The notes under the pieces were generated by a model. It searched no databases, was not told the origin of the DNA, and saw only the letters and a program-made list of their open reading frames with translations. Below, one piece after another: positions 28,901 through 37,611 of a DNA stretch of 64,000 bases (the stretch's first letter is position 1; every line of letters begins with the position of its first letter). The translations under genes and the position numbers were made by a program. The DNA is from Pseudomonadota bacterium (GTDB taxonomy: Bacteria; Myxococcota; Myxococcia; Myxococcales; JAKAPL01). The DNA is taken from positions 2,012 through 66,011 of the forward strand of contig DAIDIT010000119.1 in NCBI GenBank assembly GCA_027451705.1, written 5' to 3'.

Positions 28901-31443
28901 GTCGTCGCGCGCACGTCCGACCGACGCCGCACATGGTATGCGCCGCGTGGCGCTGCAACGGCACGCTCGTCGCAGAGCAGGAGTCTGGCGAGGACTACGA
29001 CCTCATGGTGCTCGACCAGAACTTCGCGATGCTGCGGCCGCGCGAACACTCGGCCCAGATTCCGCCGGAGGACCGCGAGATTCTCGAACGAGCCTTCAAG
29101 GGCGAGCACGAGCTGGTCAACACGCTCGTCTGCACGCCGACGCTGGAACTCGGCGTGGACATTGGGGCGCTCGACGCCGTCCTCATGCGCAACGTGCCGC
29201 CCCTGCCGGCGAACTACTGGCAGCGCGCGGGGCGCGCCGGGCGGCGGCATCGCATGGCGGTGAACGTCACGTATGCTCGGCCGGCGAGTCACGATCGCGC
29301 CTACTTCTCCGACCCGCTGAAGCTTCTTCAGGGGCTCATCTCCCCCCCGCGGTTCAACCTGAAGAACGAGCTGATGGTGCGCAAGCACGTCCACGCGGCC
29401 GTGCTCACCGTGCTGTTCCGCCTTGCGCGGACCGGCAGCCCGCTCACGGAGGAGAACCGACAGGAGGTCGAGGCTGCGCTCCATCACTGCTTCCCGACGC
29501 AGGTGAAGCACTACCTCTTCGATGACGCCGGACATGTTCGGTCGTCCTCGTTCGACGTGGCGCCGCTCGCCGTCGTCGTCTCGAAACATGAGGCGCGGAT
29601 CGTCGAGCACGTTCAGCAGGTGTTTCAGCAAGGGTGGCCGGCGGAGGATGCCGCGGTCGTCTCGCCCGAGCGACTCGGCGCGCAGACCTCAGCCATCGCG
29701 GAGCGCCTCGCGGACGTCATCGGGCGGCTCGCGCGGCGGCTGCACTGGGCACTCGACCAGATGCGCCGCCTCGACGAGGCGCGTGCGAAAAAGGGAACGC
29801 TCGACCCCGACGAAGATGCCCTGCGGCTGCGCTGCGATCGCCTCATCAAGAAGCTCAAGGGCATCGAGACCCGCCGGCGGCGTGAAGCCGAGGGGTACGA
29901 CGACACGAATACCTACGCCGTGCTCGCCGCCGAAGGGTTCTTGCCCGGCTACGGGCTCGATATCGGGACCGTCATCGGCTTTCACCAGGCGCCGCGGTAC
30001 GGGACCGATCTCCGCGACTGGGAGCTGCGGCGAGCTCTCGCGCTGGCGCTCCGCGAGTACGTACCTGGGAACCTCATCTACGCGAACGGCCACCGCTTTT
30101 ACCCGCGCTTCTTCCACCTCGATGTGATCGAGCCCACGATCTTTCAGGTCGACGTAGGAAGCGAAGCGGTGGTGGAAGTCGGAACCGCGCCCGCAGGCGG
30201 TGCCGTTGGGCTGGGCACGACGGCGCTGACCGCAGTCCCGATCTGCGATGTCGATCTCCCCCACCAGTCGCATATCACCGACGACGAGGACTACCGGTTT
30301 CAGCTTCCGGTGTCGGTCTTTGGTTACGAGCAGTCCCGGCATGGCGCAGGCAAGGCGTATCGCTGGGGCGCGAAGGATGTATCGCTGCGCGTCTCGGTCC
30401 ACATCCGCCTAGTGAACGTGGGCGCCGCGCAGCTCGTTCGAGGGACGTCCCGGCTGGGCTACCCACTGTGCCTGGTCTGCGGGCAGAGCCGTTCGGCACT
30501 CGCCTCGCAGGCGGACCGTGACCAGTTCGCGACGGATCACCGCGAGCGCTGCGGCCGATCCGTGGAGTCTGCTGGGTTCTTCGCCGACATCGTGGCCGAT
30601 GCGCTGTGCCTTAGAGCGTGCGCGAACCGAGAGGAGGCATACAGCGTCGCCGAGGCCCTGCGGAAAGGAGCGAGGGAGATCCTCGAGATGGAGATGGAGG
30701 ATCTGCAGGTCCTCACCCTCGGGCGGGCAGGAACGGAAGAGGTCGACGTTCTGCTCTACGACCCGATGCCGGGGGGCTCAGGCCTGTTAGACCAAATGGC
30801 GGCTCGGTGGTCGGAGGTCGTGGCCGCGGCACGAGCGATCGTGGAGAACTGTCCTTCAGCATGCGCGACCGCGTGCGTCGACTGCCTCTACACGTTCCGC
30901 AATTCGTTCTATCACCCGCATCTCAACCGCAACACGGCTGCCGATCGGCTTCGGACGTGGGGGGACGCACTGACGTTCGCGCACGACATCCCGCCGCGAC
31001 TTCCATCCGCAGACGCGGGTGGCCTGCCCGTGAACGAGGCCGAGGCGACCCTCCGTGCTCTGCTCGAGCGCGCCGGGTTTCCCCCGCCCATCGGGCAACG
31101 GTCCATCGATCTTGGACGTCCTCTCGGTTCGACGACGCCCGACTTCTTCTACGAAGATCCCGCCGGCCGTGCCGACGGCATCTGCATCTACCTCGACGGC
31201 ATGAGCGGCCACATCCACGGCAACGCCGCCACCCAGCGCCGCGATCGGGAGATCCGAGAGGAACTCCGCCAGCGCGGGTACGAGGTGTTCGAGATTCCGT
31301 TCGGCCACCTGAGCGACCGCGATGCGATGGTTCGGCATTTCTACCGGCTCGGCAGGATCCTTCTCGGAAAGGACCAAGCGGGCATGCTCCGTGATGAGCC
31401 ATCGTGGTTTTCTGCTGATCGTGCCGGAGATCGAAATGCCTGA
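25987..31443 (+). CDS. DEAD/DEAH helicase fused to a DUF1998 (MrfA-type Zn) domain and a Vsr/DUF559-like endonuclease domain (DrmA-DrmB fusion-like)
   Basis: Helicase motifs TGTGSGKTECFLYP, VFDEAHTFSG and TPTLELGVDIGALDAV...QRAGRAGRR. DUF1998-like Cys set CLVCGQ...C and CPSACATACVDCLY. C-terminal TPDFFYED...ICIYLDGMSGHIHG...REELRQRGYEVFEI resembles Vsr/DUF559 PD-(D/E)xK domains. GTG start. Confidence 0.75.
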   Translation: MLNPITYTEHVVGDFLRYQLTTYPFADRGLHDQMRRLLNLEETRATPLLKGPYVSLSRSFRKGARLAELVTAGVLHPHLPHLAPHPHVYGHQETAIRSIAAGKTTLVSTGTGSGKTECFLYPIISRCLKLRDEQAPAGIVAVIVYPMNALAEDQLGRLRELLAGTGITFGMYIGKTPERSEDVPGIRLPTGSSRADYARSLDTARMEKQPHAIHPPEERVARDEMRTAGKQPRILLTNVKQLELLLTRQKDIELFDGSRLEFLVFDEAHTFSGAAGAETACLIRRLRAYCGRGPAETACVATSATIADPERGPEAGREFAARFFGVPAASVTLVGEEYEPDVWASGRNLPGPLPGNPSVQLRTVLDAVAGVENDGPSDAAVRVLQSVFQSMTGSSLDGARWQESLYDRLAANEVVYQTAESLRSARSLGDLVEDLARAVGRPVPEEEVLAWLALGAVSRKEGRPLLRPVVHAFVRGVGGAVVTFPVEQAGPKLWLSAEEAVAGDSDLYRLPVLSCTTCGQHYFVHHVADFSFLEKAPQGGEAVENRVVWRALDPAQGGKRLVLVDRLVTDDQGDAGEGDDGDGDPTPRRWGAPIFLCRFCGALHPAQQARCDGCGRDAALIGLFVARQKDAAPGYLTSCVACGALGRQRVGLYREPARPIRAVAVSDVHVLAQNMLQYAERRRLLVFADNRQDAAFQAGWMQDHARRYRLRALVHERLMQGPVSVGDLTAHLDEYLDRDDDLSRALVPEVWRVHRKEAEGVRHSEERKRFLRIQVLREVTTSMRQRIGLEPWGRLLVDYAGLLPELPFFQRWAAELDTTPADLMSGVATLLDITRRSALVLDREGLIFSHFWQDGDFEIQRGYLPLMPGVPKGLKVRREPDDDAGRVQQWLSERGDTLAKQLARRFRVPMEHLDAFFDELWHLLADDLKLLAPVTLTGSRNRALPRCAGVRQVDADKLRLVAHRGVFRCDTCRRAHVRPTPHMVCAAWRCNGTLVAEQESGEDYDLMVLDQNFAMLRPREHSAQIPPEDREILERAFKGEHELVNTLVCTPTLELGVDIGALDAVLMRNVPPLPANYWQRAGRAGRRHRMAVNVTYARPASHDRAYFSDPLKLLQGLISPPRFNLKNELMVRKHVHAAVLTVLFRLARTGSPLTEENRQEVEAALHHCFPTQVKHYLFDDAGHVRSSSFDVAPLAVVVSKHEARIVEHVQQVFQQGWPAEDAAVVSPERLGAQTSAIAERLADVIGRLARRLHWALDQMRRLDEARAKKGTLDPDEDALRLRCDRLIKKLKGIETRRRREAEGYDDTNTYAVLAAEGFLPGYGLDIGTVIGFHQAPRYGTDLRDWELRRALALALREYVPGNLIYANGHRFYPRFFHLDVIEPTIFQVDVGSEAVVEVGTAPAGGAVGLGTTALTAVPICDVDLPHQSHITDDEDYRFQLPVSVFGYEQSRHGAGKAYRWGAKDVSLRVSVHIRLVNVGAAQLVRGTSRLGYPLCLVCGQSRSALASQADRDQFATDHRERCGRSVESAGFFADIVADALCLRACANREEAYSVAEALRKGAREILEMEMEDLQVLTLGRAGTEEVDVLLYDPMPGGSGLLDQMAARWSEVVAAARAIVENCPSACATACVDCLYTFRNSFYHPHLNRNTAADRLRTWGDALTFAHDIPPRLPSADAGGLPVNEAEATLRALLERAGFPPPIGQRSIDLGRPLGSTTPDFFYEDPAGRADGICIYLDGMSGHIHGNAATQRRDREIREELRQRGYEVFEIPFGHLSDRDAMVRHFYRLGRILLGKDQAGMLRDEPSWFSADRAGDRNA

Positions 31444-31515
31444 TGCTTGGCAGCGCTTCATTAGAACGCGAGCCGTCGCTGTTGCCCGAGCAACATACTT
31501 CTTGCGCGCCAGCCG

Positions 31516-31545
31516 TTCGACGCCACGGCTGAACGGGCGTATAGT
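31516..31545 (+). promoter_or_regulatory. possible sigma70-type promoter (TTCGAC-18 nt-TATAGT) giving a near-leaderless tcmP transcript
   Basis: The hexamers were read directly. The -10 ends 9 nt before the ATG at 31555. There is no experimental support. Confidence 0.25.
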
Positions 31546-31554
31546 GCCGTTGCC

Positions 31555-32484
31555 ATGACGCAGAGACGACCACCGAGAGGCGGCGGGAAAGCCCACCGGT
31601 TCGGTGGCGGCTGGACGACCGCGAAGCTCGACGTGCTCGCAAAGTACCTGGCGAGCTACACGACTGCGCTGAAGGACAAGCCCTCGAAGGAGCATCCCTT
31701 CCGGAAGGGTTACATCGATGCGTTCGCGGGCACCGGGTACCGCGACGCGCGGCGCGACGACGAGTCGTCGCAGGCCTCGTTGCTGCTGCCAGACCTCGCG
31801 GAGAAGGAGCCGCAGGACCTCCTCGACGGCTCGGCGCGGCTCGCCCTAAAGACAGAGCCTCGCTTTGACCGCTACGTGTTCATCGAGCGCAGCGCCGAAC
31901 GGTGCGCGGAACTCGAGGCCCTCAAGACCGAGTTCCCAGACCTTGCGAAGGACATCCAGATCCGCCAGGGCGACGCGAACACCGAGATCCAGGACCTCTG
32001 CAAGAAGGACTGGCACTCGCATCGCGCGGTCCTCTTCCTCGATCCGTACGGCATGCAGGTCGAGTGGAAGACCATCGAGGCGATCGCCGAGACGAAGTCG
32101 ATCGATCTCTGGCTCCTCTTTCCGCTGGGCATCGGCGTGAACCGGCTGCTCACGAGGTCGGGCGACATCCCAGCGTCGTGGCGGCGCCGGCTCAACCTGC
32201 TTCTTGGAAACGAGAGCTGGTACGACGAGTTCTACCGCGTCGAGCGGACGCGCACGCTGTTCGGGGAGGCCGATCATGTAGTCAAGGCGACGACCGAGAC
32301 GATCGGGCGCTACTTCAACGAGCGCCTGAAGTCTGTGTTCCCGGCCGTCGCGGACGAGCCGCGGGTTCTCCGTAACTCGGCCAACTGCCCGCTGTACCTG
32401 CTCTGCTTCGCCGTCGGCAACGAGAAGGGCGCGCCGATCGCGCTGCGCATCGCGAACCACCTGTTGACGAAAGGGGTGCAGTGA
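31555..32484 (+). CDS. tcmP: three-Cys-motif partner protein TcmP
   Basis: N-terminal [24 protein letters not shown] and [12 protein letters not shown] are typical of TIGR04474. It also has LFLDPYGMQ. The stop overlaps the start of the DUF5131 gene. Confidence 0.7.
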   Translation: MTQRRPPRGGGKAHRFGGGWTTAKLDVLAKYLASYTTALKDKPSKEHPFRKGYIDAFAGTGYRDARRDDESSQASLLLPDLAEKEPQDLLDGSARLALKTEPRFDRYVFIERSAERCAELEALKTEFPDLAKDIQIRQGDANTEIQDLCKKDWHSHRAVLFLDPYGMQVEWKTIEAIAETKSIDLWLLFPLGIGVNRLLTRSGDIPASWRRRLNLLLGNESWYDEFYRVERTRTLFGEADHVVKATTETIGRYFNERLKSVFPAVADEPRVLRNSANCPLYLLCFAVGNEKGAPIALRIANHLLTKGVQ

Positions 32485-33302
32485 TGGCGCTGGGCTCCGG
32501 CATCGAGTGGACCGAGTCCACCTGGAACCCCGTTACGGGCTGCACGAAGATCAGCCCCGGCTGCAAGTACTGCTACGCTGAGCGCATGGCTGAGCGCCTC
32601 CAGGCCATGGGGCAGGAGAACTACCGGAACGGCTTCAAGCTCACGCTCCAACCGCACATGCTCGAGTTGCCGCTGCGCTGGAAGAAGCCGCAGACGATCT
32701 TTGTGAACTCGATGAGCGACCTGTTCCACAAGGACGTGCCGCTCGACTACATACGGCGCGTCTTCGATGTCATGCGCCGCGCGAGCTGGCACCGCTTCCA
32801 GATCCTCACGAAGCGCTCCGAGCGCCTCGCTGAGCTCGACGCGAAGCTGGAGTGGGCGCCCAACATCTGGATGGGCGTGAGCGTGGAGAACGAGGAGTAC
32901 CGCTTCCGCATCGATGACCTCCGCACGACGCGGGCGATGATCAAGTTCCTCTCGCTCGAACCGCTTCTTGGCCCTCTACACGGCCTCAAGCTCAAGGGCA
33001 TCGACTGGGTGATCGTGGGGGGCGAGTCGGGGCCAGGCGCGCGGCCTATGGACCCAGCTTGGGCGCGGGACCTCCGCGACCAATGCCGCCGCGCGAAGGT
33101 TCCTTTCTTCTTCAAGCAGTGGGGCGGCACGAACAAGAAGCAGGCCGGTCGCGCTCTCGACGGGCGGACGTGGGATGAGATGCCGCCCGATCCACCGGCT
33201 CCGATGGCGCGGCGACGACGCCAGCTCTCGCTCGCCGTGGTCCCCGACGCGCCGAGGCCCGGTCCTGTTAATCGGCCCCTGAGGGATCCCCTCATTGCGT
33301 AA
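32484..33302 (+). CDS. DUF5131 / phage Gp37-Gp68 family three-Cys protein (3' end altered by IS insertion)
   Basis: [39 protein letters not shown] is the hallmark N-terminus, with a CX6CX2C motif. The last 7 codons and the stop lie inside the left end of the IS. Confidence 0.8.
   Translation: MALGSGIEWTESTWNPVTGCTKISPGCKYCYAERMAERLQAMGQENYRNGFKLTLQPHMLELPLRWKKPQTIFVNSMSDLFHKDVPLDYIRRVFDVMRRASWHRFQILTKRSERLAELDAKLEWAPNIWMGVSVENEEYRFRIDDLRTTRAMIKFLSLEPLLGPLHGLKLKGIDWVIVGGESGPGARPMDPAWARDLRDQCRRAKVPFFFKQWGGTNKKQAGRALDGRTWDEMPPDPPAPMARRRRQLSLAVVPDAPRPGPVNRPLRDPLIA
33270..33278. repeat. left copy of the 9-bp target-site duplication AATCGGCCC
   Basis: It is identical to 34579-34587 and directly abuts the IS inverted repeat. 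Confidence 0.8.
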
Positions 33303-34578
33303 GCGATCGAAACGACTCACGAATTTGGCATTTTTCAACTTCGATGTCGGAGGCTTCTGCGAGAAGAAGAGGGAGCGACGGCGAGCAGTCAGCGCCAACC
33401 AACCCCTCGCCGCGCTCCCGACATGCACGCACGAATCATCGAACGGGCAGTCCTCGACATCTTTGCCGGAAACGGCCTCCACGCCAAGAGAGTTCGGTCT
33501 CTCGCCCAAGCGGTCGTAGGGGCCGTATTCGCGATGCGGGCCGGCGTCGCCAACATCGGTCGAGCGCTGGCGAACGCGCGCGGGCTGACGCCCAAGCACG
33601 CCATCAAGCAGTTCGATCGCCTCTTGAGCAACGACGGCATGGACTTGGACGTGATCTGGATCGCCTTCCTGGGCTTCGTCCTCGGCCACCGCAAGCAAGT
33701 GGTCACCTCGCTCGATTGGACGGACTACGCCGACGGCACCCAGCACCGCATCGCGCTCAATCTCGTGACCAAGCACGGCCGGGCGACACCTTTGCTCTGG
33801 AAGACGGTCACCTCGAAGGAGTTGACCCTCCGGCGCAACGAGCACGAGGACGAGCTGCTGCGGAAATTCAAGTGGCTCATGCCGGGCGGCATCGAGCAGG
33901 TCATCGTGCTCGCGGACCGCGGCTTCGGAGACGTTGCTCTCTACGAGTTGCTCCACGAGGAGCTCGGCTTCGACTTCGTCATCCGGTTCCGGAGCTGCAT
34001 CTTCGTCACGAGCAATACCGGCGAGCAAAGACGTGGCGTCGGCTGGGTGCCGGCCAACGGTCATGCCCTCTACCTGCCCTGCGCGCGCTTGACCAACAAG
34101 CGGTTTGAGGTCGATGGCGTGGTAGCCGTCAAGCGAGCCGGGATGAAGGACGCCTGGCTCTTGGCCACGAGCCTTCCCTGGCGAGCGACGGAGATCGTGA
34201 AGCTCTATGGGCGACGCTTCACCATCGAGGAGAACTTCCGCGACGAGAAGGATTGGCGCTTCGGCCTCGGTTCCCGCTACGTCAACATCCAAAGGACCGA
34301 TCGCCGCGATCGCTTCTGCCTCGTCCTTGCCCTCGCAACGGTCCTGCTCACCTTGCTGGGCGAGGCCGGCGAGCGTCTCGGCCTCGACCGCGGCCTGCGC
34401 GCAAACACGGTCAAGCGCAGGACCCACTCTCTCTTCCGTCAGGGCCGCGAGTACGTCCAGGGCACCCTCGGAAAGATCAAGGACGCCAAACAGCGCCTCG
34501 CCCTGGCCTTCCATCAGCTCCTCACTGCCCAGCGCTTCTCAAGCGAATCGGCGGGGGTCATATGAGGGGATGCATCAG
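33279..34578 (+). mobile_element. IS4-family insertion sequence (1300 bp)
   Basis: Terminal inverted repeats are CTGAGGGATCCCCTCAT (33279-33295) and the reverse complement of ATGAGGGGATGCATCAG (34562-34578), matching 15 of 17. It is flanked by the 9-bp direct repeat AATCGGCCC and carries a single DDE transposase gene. Confidence 0.85.
33423..34565 (+). CDS. IS4-family DDE transposase
   Basis: The 380-aa protein has VIVLADRGFGDV (DDE Asp), YGRRFTIEENFRDEKD (YREK-type Glu region) and an IS4-like layout. Confidence 0.85.
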   Translation: MHARIIERAVLDIFAGNGLHAKRVRSLAQAVVGAVFAMRAGVANIGRALANARGLTPKHAIKQFDRLLSNDGMDLDVIWIAFLGFVLGHRKQVVTSLDWTDYADGTQHRIALNLVTKHGRATPLLWKTVTSKELTLRRNEHEDELLRKFKWLMPGGIEQVIVLADRGFGDVALYELLHEELGFDFVIRFRSCIFVTSNTGEQRRGVGWVPANGHALYLPCARLTNKRFEVDGVVAVKRAGMKDAWLLATSLPWRATEIVKLYGRRFTIEENFRDEKDWRFGLGSRYVNIQRTDRRDRFCLVLALATVLLTLLGEAGERLGLDRGLRANTVKRRTHSLFRQGREYVQGTLGKIKDAKQRLALAFHQLLTAQRFSSESAGVI

Positions 34579-34587
34579 AATCGGCCC
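34579..34587. repeat. right copy of the 9-bp target-site duplication AATCGGCCC
   Basis: It is identical to 33270-33278. Confidence 0.8.
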
Positions 34588-34601
34588 CCCTCGGCCGGGT
34601 C

Positions 34602-34614
34602 GACCTGTTGAACG
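34602..34614. repeat. 13-nt GACCTGTTGAACG, upstream copy
   Basis: It exactly matches 37713-37725. It sits immediately 5' of the RT-nitrilase start codon. Confidence 0.6.
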
Positions 34615-34617
34615 GTG

Positions 34618-37611
34618 ATGAGACCATCGCCAACGCCAACGATTGCTGACCTCTACCTGGCGTTCCGCCAGGCCAAGACCGCGCTGTACTTCGAAAAGCG
34701 TGGTGTCGGGCTTCGGGAACTAGCAGCGTACGAGCGGGATCTGCCAAGAAACCTGAAGGCACTGAAACTAAAGATCGCGAAGGGCCAGTGGTTCGACAAG
34801 CTCAAGATCGGCGAGACATGGCTCGTTCCCAAGAAGCTGCATGTCAACGATGATGGGGATGAGGGCGTCGTTCGGATCGGCGCCCCCAGGAAGAGACCTG
34901 TCGGACGGCCCGTCGACATCCAACTTCGGCTCAGCCCGCACCCCGAGTTCGCGATCGTCGAGGTACTGTACCTCTGGCGATTCGGTGGGCTCCTCGACGC
35001 TTTGCTCTCGAAGAAGGAGGTACTCGGCTACCGCCTCGACCTTCGCCAGCAGCAGGTCGTCCCGCATCGGCGCTGGCTCTTCGAGTACTGGCCGAAGCAG
35101 TACCAGGCGTTCCGAACCGCGCCGCTCGATGCGGCGAAGAACGCTCTCAAGCAAGGGGAAGGGACGCTGATCATCAGCGGCGACCTTGCGAGCTTCTACG
35201 ACACCGTCGAGCCGTCGTTCATGACCAGTGAGCAGTTTGTGGACGCCCTGTTCGCCAAGGCTGCACAGCAGGGAAACGTCGCTGAGTATCGGCGCGCAAC
35301 GGCGTCCTTGCTGCGTGCATACGAGAGGTTCCGTGAGGAATCGTCGCGTAGAGCGGCGGCACGCATCAAGCTTGGAGTGCCCATTGGGGCACTGACGAGT
35401 CGTGTCGTCGCGAACCTCTCGTTAGCCCCACTGGACCGCCACGTCTTGTCGCAACCTGGCGTTCTCTGCTACCGCCGGTACGTCGACGACTTGGCGATTG
35501 TCGCGAAGGCCGGGGACACCGAGCGCGGTCTCGTTGACACTATGCGGCAGTTCCTACCGTTGCTCGACGGAGATGATGACATTCTTCGGTTGAACGTCGA
35601 CGCGCTGGGCCGCAGTGGGTCGGAATTCCAACTGCAGAAAGCGAAGGTCCGCGTCCACCACCTTGCCGGCGTTCCGGGCACCGACTTTGTGGAGGCCGTC
35701 GCCTCGGACTTCGCGAAGGCGGTGAGCGAACGGCGTGCGTTCGTCGACTCGTCCACGCTCGTCGGGGATGGGGTGACCCACCTCATACGAGCTGGCGAGG
35801 CTGAAGGATCTCCTCTTCGCGTCTTGCGCGACGCCGACCGTGCCCGTCTCGAACGGTTCGCCCTCGCGACCAGCCTGTACTCGCTCGAGCGCGTGTCGAG
35901 CCTCATCGGGCACGAGGAGGCTCGGAAGCTGGTGAGGGACAGCCTCGAACGCGTTGGTCGCGTGCTCGATGCCGAGGACAACTGGGTTGCCGACCTCGAC
36001 GTGTCCCTGCGCTTGCTGAAGCTGGCCATCAGCACCGGGGATTGGGAATCGGCCACGGAGCTGCGTGAGCGAATGGACCGCGTGTGGGGCACAGTCGATG
36101 CGCTGCGGTCGACGACGACGAAGCTGTACTTCCGAGGCCGCGAGATCGATGGGGGCAGGACGAGCCCTTGGACGTGGCTTCGCAATTACCTGCACGAACG
36201 CCGTCTTGAGGCTGTGAGTTCGGCTCTTCCGATCGGGATGGACGCTGAGCAGATCGAGAGCCGGTTCCCTGGTGGGCTCGTCGTGAGAACCAGACCGGTC
36301 GGCGCCACCGCGCTGCGGCGCCGAGCTGAGCAACTCGCCTCGGCCGATCTGCGGTCACGCGATCGTGAAGACGATGCTCTCCTCGACGGTCACGTCGTCG
36401 ATGTCGAACGTGGATGGCTGCGCGCTGACGTGAAGGATGACCAGGATCTGTCGACGCGGCTGGCAACGATCGATGACTTCGTGCAGCGATGCCGAGAGCT
36501 TGGCGACCGGCCGTGGCTGATGCCGGCGGCGCGACTATTCCTCTGCACACGCCCGCCGTCCTACTTCGACATCGCGCGGCGATGGCTCTACCGGGTGGAG
36601 AAGGATGGCTTCGCCCGCGACGTCTTCGAGCGCTTACTTGCAGTCGTCAACGCCGTGCGCGGCACTGAGTACCGCGACCCGGTCGGCCAGGTGCTTGATG
36701 AAAGCACGGTGTCGATCGAGTCGTTCTGGGCCAGGCCGCCTCCACCTGGTTCGTCGTCGCCGCTCGATCCGCGAATCATCCTGGGCAACCTCACGGTCAC
36801 CGACCGGGCATGGGTGGCTGCAGCGACGCGTCTCCCGCACGCGCCGTACAACGCGCCGTTGTTGACGCTGGATCGCCTTCACGGCGTCGCGCGCGTGATC
36901 GAGAAAGCGACGCGCGTTGCGCGAGGTCGAGTCGCAGCCGTGCTCGTGTTGCCCGAGTTGTCGCTCCCTCGGCGTTGGTTCCGAACGGTGTCGAACCACG
37001 TCGTGCGGCTCGGGAAGTTCGGAATGGTAACTGGCCTTGAGTACCTGCACGATCCGAACAACGCTGAAGTGACCAACCAGGTGTTCGCGGTCATCCCTGG
37101 TCCGTTCTCGTCGGCTGCGGCGTGGCCGTGGACGAAGCGTCTGCCCGCGCGAGAAGAGGGAGTCCACCTCGGGACGATGAGGCCCGCGGTATCGTTCCGG
37201 CCCGCGCCGGCGCCCAACGTCCGGCGTACGGTGGTGAAGTCGCCTTGGGGGGCGTTGTCCGTGCTCATCTGCAGCGAGCTGATCGAGACACGTCGCGTTA
37301 CCGATCTGCTCGGGCGAGTGGATGTCGTGCTTTGCCCGGCGTGGAATATCGACACGTCCTCCTACGACCACCTCATCCAGTCTGCGGGCGTCCAACTCCA
37401 CTCGATCATCGCCATCGCGAACAACGGCCACTACTCGGACTGCCGGGCGTGGGCTCCGCGATCCGAACGGTGGGAGCGTGACCTGTGTCGACTCATCGAG
37501 CGCGACGTCGATGACGTCGTTCACGTCGACATCCCGCTGGCGAGCCTCGTAGCCTTCCACGCAGGCCAGCCCGTAAAGGGTTGGAAGCCGCTGCCGCCAG
37601 ACTGGCCGTGA
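34618..37611 (+). CDS. reverse transcriptase fused to a C-N hydrolase (nitrilase) domain, DRT type 1 / UG1-like
   Basis: RT motifs WLVPKKL, IISGDLASFYDTV, LGVPIGALTSRVVANLSLAPLD, YRRYVDDLAIVA and FQLQKAKV. Nitrilase triad candidates LVLPELSL (E), PWTKRLPA (K) and SVLICSELIE (C). ATG at 34618; GTG at 34615 is also possible. Confidence 0.8.
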   Translation: MRPSPTPTIADLYLAFRQAKTALYFEKRGVGLRELAAYERDLPRNLKALKLKIAKGQWFDKLKIGETWLVPKKLHVNDDGDEGVVRIGAPRKRPVGRPVDIQLRLSPHPEFAIVEVLYLWRFGGLLDALLSKKEVLGYRLDLRQQQVVPHRRWLFEYWPKQYQAFRTAPLDAAKNALKQGEGTLIISGDLASFYDTVEPSFMTSEQFVDALFAKAAQQGNVAEYRRATASLLRAYERFREESSRRAAARIKLGVPIGALTSRVVANLSLAPLDRHVLSQPGVLCYRRYVDDLAIVAKAGDTERGLVDTMRQFLPLLDGDDDILRLNVDALGRSGSEFQLQKAKVRVHHLAGVPGTDFVEAVASDFAKAVSERRAFVDSSTLVGDGVTHLIRAGEAEGSPLRVLRDADRARLERFALATSLYSLERVSSLIGHEEARKLVRDSLERVGRVLDAEDNWVADLDVSLRLLKLAISTGDWESATELRERMDRVWGTVDALRSTTTKLYFRGREIDGGRTSPWTWLRNYLHERRLEAVSSALPIGMDAEQIESRFPGGLVVRTRPVGATALRRRAEQLASADLRSRDREDDALLDGHVVDVERGWLRADVKDDQDLSTRLATIDDFVQRCRELGDRPWLMPAARLFLCTRPPSYFDIARRWLYRVEKDGFARDVFERLLAVVNAVRGTEYRDPVGQVLDESTVSIESFWARPPPPGSSSPLDPRIILGNLTVTDRAWVAAATRLPHAPYNAPLLTLDRLHGVARVIEKATRVARGRVAAVLVLPELSLPRRWFRTVSNHVVRLGKFGMVTGLEYLHDPNNAEVTNQVFAVIPGPFSSAAAWPWTKRLPAREEGVHLGTMRPAVSFRPAPAPNVRRTVVKSPWGALSVLICSELIETRRVTDLLGRVDVVLCPAWNIDTSSYDHLIQSAGVQLHSIIAIANNGHYSDCRAWAPRSERWERDLCRLIERDVDDVVHVDIPLASLVAFHAGQPVKGWKPLPPDWP

